A stretch of DNA of 64,000 nucleotides. Origin: Candidatus Latescibacterota bacterium. GTDB lineage: Bacteria; Latescibacterota; UBA2968; UBA8231. Within the stretch, counting starts at the first letter, position 1. Each line of letters starts with the position of its first letter. The translations under genes and the position numbers were made by a program. The stretch lies in NCBI GenBank assembly GCA_965208105.1, contig OZ242318.1, positions 4,352,001-4,416,000 on the forward strand, written 5' to 3'. The notes beneath the pieces were generated by a model that saw nothing but the letters and a program-made list of their open reading frames with translations, was not told the DNA's origin and made no database searches. Shown one piece after another: positions 28,044 to 36,252 of the stretch.

Positions 28044-29558
28044 TCAGCCCACATACGCCGCATGCAGGCAAGCGTCTTCGGGCCGGATGCCTCCCCAGAT
28101 CACCTTTACCCGAACGGGACCGTCGAGCGCAGCCAGCGAATCGCGTTCCGCCCATCCCACGCGCTGGCGAAAACCAGACTCGGTCACGGCGATGCAATCG
28201 TCGCAGGAAAAACCGGGAATCGGCTCGAACTCCCGGGTGAGGATCTCGACCTTCAGTTGGCTGTGCTCGGATAGTCCTGAGGCGTTCAAATAAACGCGGG
28301 CACCCTTGCCCTCCGTCTCCATCGGGCATGAGATAAAGTGGGAGGGCTCGACAACGGAACCGAAGTCCTCGCTCGAATCGAAGTGAGCCAGTTGGACCGC
28401 AGCTGGATCGGGTGAGAAATGGGCAAATCGGTCCTTGGGCCAGGTGGCGACCCGCACCGCGTTCTCGGTAGCGGCGGATTCCCGCCAGCCGCCATACCAG
28501 AAGATGCTGCGGTCGCCAATGTTTTCGAACCCCTGGCCTTGCAGCAGACGTGGAGACGCGCCGTCGGGTTCTTCGTAGGCAGGAACCATCTTGAAATCCG
28601 GCACCGGTTCCTTGAAGTGCATGGCATCGTGGCTGACTACCAGCCCCAGGTCGCAGGTGCTGAAGCGGCGGTCGTTGCTCTCGTTGTGGTACTGGCCGTA
28701 GATCCCGATGAGCACGTTGCCCCGATTCCACAGGGTGGCCCCGATATGTACCTGTTCGCCTCGATGCACCTCGAAATCGGTAGGGGGACGAGGCGGAATA
28801 TTGTCGCGGCGAAAGCTGAGGAGCGCGGCTTGAGGCCAATGCTCGAAGTCGTATGACGTGAAGGTGATCATGGTCCGTTTGCGAGCGCCCTTGATGGGGT
28901 GGGGTATGGCGGAACCCTGGCCGTTCAGGTAATAGCAGTCGCCGTAATGGACGAGGCCGCCGTGTTCGAGTCGAGAGCCGCGAATGATCGGGTTGTGCGG
29001 CGAGTCGACCCAACGCAAGCCGTCCTCCGAAAAGGCGGCCGACACGGCTGCTGAACTGCCTGCATAGACCATCTTGAAACGCCGCTTCGGGTCCGGATCG
29101 TCAGGTTCGTAGAGCACGGCCAGATGTTCGGCCGGGATCATTCGAGCTTCCCCGTTCCCAACAAGGCCTACCAGATTGTTGTTCTTGTTGCCGGCGTATT
29201 CGAGGATGCCCAGCTTCGGTTTGTCCCAGTCGATTCCGTCCCTGGAGACCGCGTAGCAGACGCGCCGAACATCATCGGTGCCGGCACCGCCGTACCACAT
29301 GCGATACTCCCCATCAACGCAGAGAACGCTGCCGTAATAGACCACTTCGGTGTGATCGGGATCTTCGGGGCCACCCTGAACGACAACCGGTTTTCCGGGG
29401 TGATCGGGGTCGAACCCATGGCCTGTCTCGTATGGGGTTTTTCGCGCGGGCGAAAGCTCCATAAGCAGGTTTTTGTTGAGCGCAATCGAATAGTCGTCGA
29501 AAGGGAAAAGCACCGCTTCGGCGATGGATTGAATCGGCCCACCGTTGTGTACGATCAT
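28044..29558 (-). CDS. Five-bladed beta-propeller glycosidase-like hypothetical protein
   Basis: YRMWY...CYAVSRDGIDWDKP, FKMVY...SEDGLRW; start moved to ATG 29558. Confidence 0.75.
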   Translation of the reverse strand: MIVHNGGPIQSIAEAVLFPFDDYSIALNKNLLMELSPARKTPYETGHGFDPDHPGKPVVVQGGPEDPDHTEVVYYGSVLCVDGEYRMWYGGAGTDDVRRVCYAVSRDGIDWDKPKLGILEYAGNKNNNLVGLVGNGEARMIPAEHLAVLYEPDDPDPKRRFKMVYAGSSAAVSAAFSEDGLRWVDSPHNPIIRGSRLEHGGLVHYGDCYYLNGQGSAIPHPIKGARKRTMITFTSYDFEHWPQAALLSFRRDNIPPRPPTDFEVHRGEQVHIGATLWNRGNVLIGIYGQYHNESNDRRFSTCDLGLVVSHDAMHFKEPVPDFKMVPAYEEPDGASPRLLQGQGFENIGDRSIFWYGGWRESAATENAVRVATWPKDRFAHFSPDPAAVQLAHFDSSEDFGSVVEPSHFISCPMETEGKGARVYLNASGLSEHSQLKVEILTREFEPIPGFSCDDCIAVTESGFRQRVGWAERDSLAALDGPVRVKVIWGGIRPEDACLHAAYVG

Positions 29559-29761
29559 ATCTGAGTCCTTTCCACAGCGAAGTTGAAGCCGAAATCTGCT
29601 CAAAAGGAAGGGCTGCGTCAACCGATTCAGGGTTTGGGGAGGACGGGAAGGACCAGAGATGTTAGATTTGGCGCAGGTTTTTCGTGCCAACCTGATTGCA
29701 CCCAACAATTGGCGTTTCGCGTCTTGAGATACCAGACAGCGAGCATTCCCGGAGGAGAACA

Positions 29762-30811
29762 ATGGCTGCAGAGCAACTGTTCATCGTGAGCACACTGACG
29801 GATTCCGATGGAATCTTCATCTATCGCATAGCCGACGCAGACGGGCATCTCGAGTTGGTTCGACAATACAAGGAGATCAGCAATCCGTTCTTTATCGACC
29901 TCCATCCGAACGGCAACGTCGTCTACAGCATTTCAGATCCGGACAACGAACAGATGGTGGAGGCTCTTGCCCTGGATCGTGCCACCGGTGAACTGACGCC
30001 GATAAACAGACAACCGACCCAGGGGGGCTACCCCTGTTACGTCGCGGTCGATCCAAGCGGGCGAATGGTGGTTGCGGCCAACTACCAGGGAGGCAGCGTC
30101 ATATCCTACCCGCTCGAGAATGACGGGGCGCTGGGTCCGGCGGGATCTTTCGTGCAGCACGTTGGCCACAGCGTCGATCCGCGCCGCCAGAAAGAACCCC
30201 ACGCCCACTGTTTCAAGGTGGCGGCCGACGGCCGGTTTGCCTTTGCCGCCGACCTCGGCATGGACAAGGTCATGATCTACGCCCTCGATCCCGAGGCTGG
30301 CAGCTTGAGTCCCGGCCAGCAACACTTCGCTCGCGTCCAACCAGGAGGCGGCCCCCGGCATTTCATCTTTTCACCGGATAGTCGGCACGGCTATGTCATC
30401 AACGAGATGGGGAACACCATTACCACGTTCGTTTACGACCGGCAGCAAGGGCTGTTGTTGGAGCGGGACTCGGTGCCAACCCTGCCGGCGGATTTCGACG
30501 GCAACAGTGCTACAGCCGATCTGGCGTTCACCCCCGACGGACGTTTCCTCTACGGCACCAACCGGGGTCACGAAAGTCTCGCCATGTTCACGGTGGATAT
30601 CCAAAGCGGTGCCCTGACTCCCAACGGAATCGAGCCGAGCCGGGGGGAGATGCCACAGAATATCACCATCACCCCCGACGGGAAGCTGCTCTTTATAGCC
30701 AATACCAATGGCAACAACCTGGTCGCCTTCCACATAGATCAGTCTTCGGGTAAGCTGAATTTCAGCTGTGAACTCGAGATGCCGGCGCCGGTATGTGGTG
30801 TGCTTGGGTGA
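29762..30811 (+). CDS. Lactonase family 7-bladed propeller (6-phosphogluconolactonase-like)
   Basis: ANYQGGS, RQKEPHAH, DLGMD, GPRH, NRGH. Confidence 0.9.
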   Translation: MAAEQLFIVSTLTDSDGIFIYRIADADGHLELVRQYKEISNPFFIDLHPNGNVVYSISDPDNEQMVEALALDRATGELTPINRQPTQGGYPCYVAVDPSGRMVVAANYQGGSVISYPLENDGALGPAGSFVQHVGHSVDPRRQKEPHAHCFKVAADGRFAFAADLGMDKVMIYALDPEAGSLSPGQQHFARVQPGGGPRHFIFSPDSRHGYVINEMGNTITTFVYDRQQGLLLERDSVPTLPADFDGNSATADLAFTPDGRFLYGTNRGHESLAMFTVDIQSGALTPNGIEPSRGEMPQNITITPDGKLLFIANTNGNNLVAFHIDQSSGKLNFSCELEMPAPVCGVLG

Positions 30812-30863
30812 AGGAGATTACACGTCGGTATTGAGGTTGTGGCGATCGGATGCCAAAAGCCAT

Positions 30864-31964
30864 CTAATCGAGCTCGAGCCTGACCCAGCGCGTGTGGGTC
30901 ACCCCCTCTGACGTACACCAGAAATAAGTGAGCAGATCGCCGTCCGGAAGTTGCAGCCCTCCCGGTTTGCCGAAGGCGATCTGTATGTGTTCGGCGTGAA
31001 AGCTATCGGCGCCCGGCGGCCCCATGGTCGCCTCCGCCCCGGCATCGAACAGGACCACTTCGCGCTCGACGTCCAAACGGCCAAGGTCTTCGCTGAGTGC
31101 GATATGCACTCCTTGTGGTTCGTGACGAAAATTGTAGACCGCCGCCACCCGCCCGTCCGCCAGGGCGATAGGGGCGCAGACCTGGCCGCGCAGGTTGGTG
31201 GGTTCGGGAGCCGACCAGGTGCGCCCCTGATCAGAGGAAACAATCCAGTGGTTGTTCAGGTCTTCGGAGGTCCCATCCACGTGGGTCCACAGCAAGATGC
31301 AAACCCTGCCGTCGGGCAGGACGGCTCCCATCTGGTCGTAATACATCAGCTTGTTGTCCGGATCGTCGGCCGTCGCTGTCAGCTCGCCCCAGGTCTGGCC
31401 CCCGTCGGCGGAAAACACGGCGGCCGATTTCTGATCGAGTGGAGCGGTTGAGCCCTCTGGTTTCCAGGTTTCGAGGGTGTAGATCCAACGGTTCGGACTC
31501 ACTTGCAACACCGGGCCGGTCCCGTTCCAGCTGTATCTCTCCGGCGGCAAGTCGACGGGCACGACCTGCGGTTCGGACCAGGTCTTTCCCCGGTCCTCCG
31601 ACCAGATCAACAGCATCTCCGATCGCGACAGGGTCTCTGACTCCAGGTTGAAGAGTGGAGCTGTATTCCGCGGGTAACGGTCGGCGGAGATGAGAAGGCG
31701 GCCGTCCGGTATTGCAACGATCTTCGGCGCGCGATAGGTGTATCGCTCATCCGGACCTTCGCCACCGTGAATGCTGCCGCGGTTATCCCAGGTTGCCCCC
31801 TCGTCACGAGAAATAAGGAACTCGATGTGGTTGTCCGACGAACCGAGGCTCTGTCCCACGTGCTGGGCGGCAACCCAGGTGCCGTCGGCCAGCGGGGCGA
31901 TGGTCGGCATATAGGCTCCAATCCCGGGCCGGCGGGATATAGTTCCGCTGTCGACGATTTTCAA
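30864..31964 (-). CDS. Exo-alpha-sialidase / BNR-repeat protein
   Basis: Asp boxes SRDEGATW, SEDRGKTW, SADGGQTW, SSDQGRTW; probable TTG start at 31964. Confidence 0.82.
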   Translation of the reverse strand: MKIVDSGTISRRPGIGAYMPTIAPLADGTWVAAQHVGQSLGSSDNHIEFLISRDEGATWDNRGSIHGGEGPDERYTYRAPKIVAIPDGRLLISADRYPRNTAPLFNLESETLSRSEMLLIWSEDRGKTWSEPQVVPVDLPPERYSWNGTGPVLQVSPNRWIYTLETWKPEGSTAPLDQKSAAVFSADGGQTWGELTATADDPDNKLMYYDQMGAVLPDGRVCILLWTHVDGTSEDLNNHWIVSSDQGRTWSAPEPTNLRGQVCAPIALADGRVAAVYNFRHEPQGVHIALSEDLGRLDVEREVVLFDAGAEATMGPPGADSFHAEHIQIAFGKPGGLQLPDGDLLTYFWCTSEGVTHTRWVRLELD

Positions 31965-32054
31965 TCGGCTATTGCTCCCTGGTTGGTTATCGGTGGCCGC
32001 CGGTTTTATGGCCCCCGACCGTTTTTTTTCAACTCGACGCCTTCCCGTTCGCCG

Positions 32055-32152
32055 GCGGTCCTGGCCTGAACCAGCGACTCGAAGACGGCTTGGAAGTCGT
32101 AGCGTATCCACCGCTGCGGAATCGTGTAGCTGCTGATGGTCGGGGATTCCAT
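32055..32152 (-). pseudogene. Probable Fic-family N-terminal fragment
   Basis: MESPTISSYTIPQRWIRYDFQAVFESLVQARTA resembles a Fic subfamily N-terminus from memory. Confidence 0.4.
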
Positions 32153-32188
32153 TTGCGGCTCATTTCCGTATCGCTTCGAAGGGAACAT

Positions 32189-32216
32189 ATAGTAACTTAT
32201 TGTTTTTAATTGTCAA
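32189..32216 (-). promoter_or_regulatory. Sigma70-like promoter
   Basis: Minus strand TTGACA-N16-TACTAT in an AT-rich patch. Confidence 0.5.
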
Positions 32217-32344
32217 ACAGCACTCAAAATATTTTTCGTTTCCGCTTCATTTCCGCTTCGTTTCGCGTTTTACCGTGCTTCGAACCCGTTCATCCACCAT
32301 GCAATAGAACGCATCCAGATCTCGGGCCGAGCCGCCCGGCTACC

Positions 32345-32497
32345 GGAGTTGGGGTCCGTCCGGGCGATCACGGCAGTGCAGGTTTCGGTCTCGCTGGGAT
32401 TGTAGGGAAGGTGAGGGATGCCGACGGGGATGTAAATTAAGTCGCCGCTGTTGATGTCAACATGCTCTTCCAGCCGCTCGCCACACCACCTTCCAAC
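32345..32497 (-). pseudogene. Cupin (RmlC-like) C-terminal fragment
   Basis: GERLEEHVDINSGDLIYIPVGIPHLPYNPS...VIARTDPN. Confidence 0.75.
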
Positions 32498-32712
32498 CTG
32501 GCCGCCGGGCGCCTGCGGATCTACGATTCGCAGCGGCTTTCCTTCGCGCTCAAAACACCGTGGTCGGAGGGGACTAGCCATCTCCTGCTCTCTCCGATGG
32601 AACTACTGGAGAGGCTGGCGGCTCTGGTCCCCCCGCCCGGTTTCATCTCCTGCGCTACCACGGGGTCCTGGCCCCCCGGGCCCGGGACCGCGGCCGCATC
32701 GTGCCCGCCAAA
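32498..32712 (+). mobile_element. IS91/ISCR Y2 transposase internal remnant (copy 8)
   Basis: LKTPWSEGTSHLLLSPMELLERLAALVPPP / FHLLRYHGVLAPRARDRGRIVP. Confidence 0.88.
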
Positions 32713-32872
32713 ACTGAAGAGGATGGCCTGGCTGGCTTGGTCAATGGTCGTATATTGAGACTATTGCCCGAATCGGGCACGATGGGTTCTAACGGGGGAG
32801 GAGCCCGGGTGACTCGGCTCCTCTACCCACTCGTCCGGGCGTGAGATTGAAGTTTTCCGGCGGATAGTACCT

Positions 32873-33368
32873 GATGCGCTACGTGGTGCATTACTGATGG
32901 TCCCAATTTGTAACGTGCCCGCCTATGAATCCGCCCTCCGCAGCAGTCCAATTGATGGGTTGAATCTGGCACGTGTCTTCCCCGGCGATCTATACCGAAG
33001 CTGGCGGTGGCGGCTACGCCCACCCGTCCGATGTGAATTGCTTTACCACCGGTGTGATCAACGTGATGAAGCATCTTGATATGCTGGACGGTCAGCCCCA
33101 GATTCAACCTGTAGCCCATCACCTGTCCGGGGATGGAAATATGGACAGTGTCATTTCGACGCCGGCTGCTGGCTACTTCCGATCCGACGTTGCCCTGCTG
33201 GACGATGTAAGCGCCGGTCAACGCTTGGGCACCGTTCGCGGTCCCTTCGGTGAAGTCGTGGCAGAGATAACGACCAAATATGAGGGCATTGTTATCATGT
33301 TGCGACGTATTCATCGTGTGCAAATCGGCGATAATTTGGCTCATGTGACGGGACGTTTAAGCGATTAG
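32873..33368 (+). pseudogene. Succinylglutamate desuccinylase/aspartoacylase family remnant with internal deletion
   Basis: VPICNVPAY...SPIDGLNLARVFPGD jumps to IYTEAGGG...; lipoyl-like C-terminus kept. Confidence 0.75.
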
Positions 33369-33503
33369 TTACTGACTGGAGGCGTGGCGCAAGCACTGCA
33401 ATTACGAGCGGCTTCATCAGGGTTATCGAAATATGTACAAGCGACCAATTGACACGGTCACACAGTTCTCAAAACCTGTTCGGAAGAAGGCTTAAGAATC
33501 CAC

Positions 33504-34451
33504 ATGAATCAGCCTAAACTGCGCGGCAAGGTCGCGATCGTAACGGGCGGCGCCACCGGGATCGGCGCCGGCATCGCCCGCAAGCTGGCCGCCGACGGCT
33601 CGGCCGTCCTCATCGTCGACATCGACGAGGCGGGGGCGGCTGCCAGCGCCGAGCGGATCCGGCATGCGGGGGGACGGGCCTTCTCTATGCTCGGCGACGT
33701 GTCGAAGGAAGAGGTCGCCCAAAACATGGTGGCCCGCGCCGTCGAGGAGTACGGCCGCCTCGACATCCTCGTCCAGAACGCCTACGGGGTCATCGGTTTT
33801 TCCGACGGAAGCGCCCTGGAAGTCGAAGTCGAAGCCTGGCGCAAGGGGATGGACCTGCTGGTGATGGCCCATTTCCTCGGCGCCAAGTACGGGGTGCCGG
33901 CGATGACCGAATCGGGACCGCCGCAAGGGTTCGACCCGGGGCCGTGGGAGGGCCGCGGACTGCGCCACGGCTCGCCGCCAGCCATGGAGGTCGGCCGCAT
34001 CGTCAACATCTCCTCTGTGCACGGGCTGCTGCAGGCGGCCGGGACCATGGTGTACGAATCCGGCAAGGCGGCGGTTGTCGGCCTTACGCGCCAGATGGCC
34101 ATCGACTTCGGGCCGCTGGGGATCACGGTGAACGCCATCGCGCCGGGCCATATCGTCACGGAGGGCCTGGAAAAGCTGTGGTCTGACGTGGCCAACGAGG
34201 CCGGGTTCCGCCTGCACGAGCTGCAGTACCCGGTGCGGCGCACCGGGGTGCCGGAGGACATCGGCAACGCGGTTTCGTTTCTGTGCTCAGAAGAAGCCGC
34301 TTTCATCACCGGCGTGGTGCTGCCGGTCGACGGCGGCCTCAGCATTCAGCTTCAGGAAAACATCGTCCTGGAGTTGAAGAGCTACATTCAGGAGCACCCC
34401 GGCCTGAAGACGTTCTTCGACGGGGGCTACGGCGCCGGAGACCGCCGATAG
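33504..34451 (+). CDS. SDR family oxidoreductase
   Basis: TGGATGIG, NISS, YESGK, VNAIAPG. Confidence 0.92.
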   Translation: MNQPKLRGKVAIVTGGATGIGAGIARKLAADGSAVLIVDIDEAGAAASAERIRHAGGRAFSMLGDVSKEEVAQNMVARAVEEYGRLDILVQNAYGVIGFSDGSALEVEVEAWRKGMDLLVMAHFLGAKYGVPAMTESGPPQGFDPGPWEGRGLRHGSPPAMEVGRIVNISSVHGLLQAAGTMVYESGKAAVVGLTRQMAIDFGPLGITVNAIAPGHIVTEGLEKLWSDVANEAGFRLHELQYPVRRTGVPEDIGNAVSFLCSEEAAFITGVVLPVDGGLSIQLQENIVLELKSYIQEHPGLKTFFDGGYGAGDRR

Positions 34452-34481
34452 GCAGCCGCCGGGGAACCGTGGTAGTCCCAT

Positions 34482-35738
34482 TCAGTCGGCGAGGAACTGA
34501 ATGCCGGCGAACGGGAACAAGGCGACGCGGGCGTTGGCGGGCAGCTTTTCGGCCAGCTGTTCCAGCAAGGCGTCCCAATCGCGAAAGAGGATGTCCCGCG
34601 GGTGGCTCTGGTAGAAATCGGCGGCGGGATAATGCTCCGACCAGACCAGCGTCTGGTCGGGTTTGCCGGTCCGGGGCAGCGGGAATTTAGCGGCCGGCTG
34701 CGCCTTCTTTTTTTTGAGGAAGCGCTCGTAACTCATGCGGTCAGAGAGACCGTGGTAGTCGATGCCGTCACAGGCGGGGTTGATGGCGACGGTGTACGCC
34801 CGTTCGAAGTGCTGCCGCGGCCACAGCGCCTTGCCGGTCTGGATGGGGTCGGAATCGAGAGGATAGCAGTTGACGACGAGCAGGTCGGCTTGGCGCCGCA
34901 GTTCCCCGGGGATGCGGGTTCCGTACGCTTTCCTGGCGAAGGCCGCTGCTCGGCGGTGGGCGGCGACGAAATCCCCGACGAACAGTCCAGCCACTTGGCA
35001 CCGGTGATTGAGCACGGAGTTAACGATGACGTCGAGTCCGATCAGGCGGGCCACCTCTTCTGAGACGTCTCTGCCGTCGCGCTGTCCGCTTTCGTTTTCG
35101 ATGATACCATGACCGCGGCCTGGGTAAAAGGTGTGAAAGCAGAAAATCGTCGCGAACCCCGACACGCCGGGGAGAATGAGCTTGGAACCGCCGCCGAATC
35201 CGACCGCGCCGTGCGGATAGACGCCGCCGAGACAGATCTTGAAATCGGCATCGGCGACCACTGGATCGATGAAAACCGGCGTCCCGTCCTTCAGGTTGCC
35301 CATGCCGCGCAGCTCGCCGCTCATGAAGTTGTGGCAGGTCACCTGAAAGCCGCCGAGGATGTCGGCCCCGACCTTCAGGGCCATCTCCTCTGTGGTCAGC
35401 GGTCGGTGCGAGCCGGTACCAACGACAAAACGGATCTGGCTGGAGGGGACGCCGGCCGCGGACAGTTCCCGCAGCACGAAGGGGATCAATTCGCGGGCCG
35501 GCGTCGGCCTGCTGAGATCGTCGACGACGATGGCGGCGCTCTTCTTGGCGCACGCCATTTCGGCGATCCGCGGGGTGCCGATCGGCTGATCGAAGGCGGC
35601 TTGCCGTTGCGATTCGGCGAGCGCGGGCGTGGCCTCGGGGGCGAGCACAGTGACCTCCCATCCGGCGGGAAAGGAGAGGGTGATTTCCTCGTCGCCGTAG
35701 TTGGCGCGGGAGTAGACGGTTGCCCGATGGGTAGCCAC
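34482..35738 (-). CDS. Lactate racemase (LarA)-like protein
   Basis: DDLSRPTP, GSHRP, PHGAVGFGGGSKLILPG; GTG 35738 after AGGAGAG. Confidence 0.85.
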   Translation of the reverse strand: MATHRATVYSRANYGDEEITLSFPAGWEVTVLAPEATPALAESQRQAAFDQPIGTPRIAEMACAKKSAAIVVDDLSRPTPARELIPFVLRELSAAGVPSSQIRFVVGTGSHRPLTTEEMALKVGADILGGFQVTCHNFMSGELRGMGNLKDGTPVFIDPVVADADFKICLGGVYPHGAVGFGGGSKLILPGVSGFATIFCFHTFYPGRGHGIIENESGQRDGRDVSEEVARLIGLDVIVNSVLNHRCQVAGLFVGDFVAAHRRAAAFARKAYGTRIPGELRRQADLLVVNCYPLDSDPIQTGKALWPRQHFERAYTVAINPACDGIDYHGLSDRMSYERFLKKKKAQPAAKFPLPRTGKPDQTLVWSEHYPAADFYQSHPRDILFRDWDALLEQLAEKLPANARVALFPFAGIQFLAD

Positions 35739-35780
35739 TGAATCTCTCCTGGAGCATAGGGGTTTGCAGAACGTAATAAT

Positions 35781-35876
35781 ATGGCACAGCCGCCAGTATC
35801 CTCCAAGGAGAAATGGGAATCCCGCTACCGCGCCGGCGATTTCGAGCCCAACCGCGAGGCGGTGCCGTTTCTCGTC
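35781..35876 (+). pseudogene. TehB-like methyltransferase N-terminal fragment
   Basis: SSKEKWESRYRAGDFEPNREAVPFLV. Confidence 0.5.
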
Positions 35877-36035
35877 GGCCCATTGGTTTTCGGTGTTGGC
35901 GAAGTACGCAGGTGTCGCCAGCCAGATGGCAAAGTAGGTGCTCCATCCGATGTGGGGCACCGTGCCCACAAGCCACAGCACGCAGAAGATTGTGAGCAGC
36001 TCACCCTGCCTCAGGTTTGTTGTGTCCTTAAACAA
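35877..36035 (-). pseudogene. Fragment of DUF6785-like membrane protein
   Basis: LRQGELLTIFCVLWLVGTVP...PAYFANTENQW. Confidence 0.45.
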
Positions 36036-36079
36036 CGACCACTATATTATCTGCCTTGTTGAAGTGGGGGAAGAAAAAA

Positions 36080-36205
36080 ATGAACACGCGATCGACCGAA
36101 CAAGGTCCCCTGGCGAGTTTTTCGGACGGTACGGAATTCAAGATCTGGGAGGATGAGACAGATTACCAAAAGGAATACTGTGTGGACCAGCAGCACCCCG
36201 CCGAA
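36080..36205 (+). pseudogene. N-terminal fragment of a beta-helix (DUF1565-like) protein
   Basis: SDGTEFKIWEDETDYQKEYCVDQQHP, then breaks. Confidence 0.4.
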
Positions 36206-36252
36206 GGTGAAGATCACCGATCAGTGACGGTATTTCGCGAGGAGGTGCGATC

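Noticed and set aside
35739-36035. Apparent membrane domain fused to LarA
   Set aside because: Chance open frame through gene scraps; LarA has its own RBS and GTG at 35738
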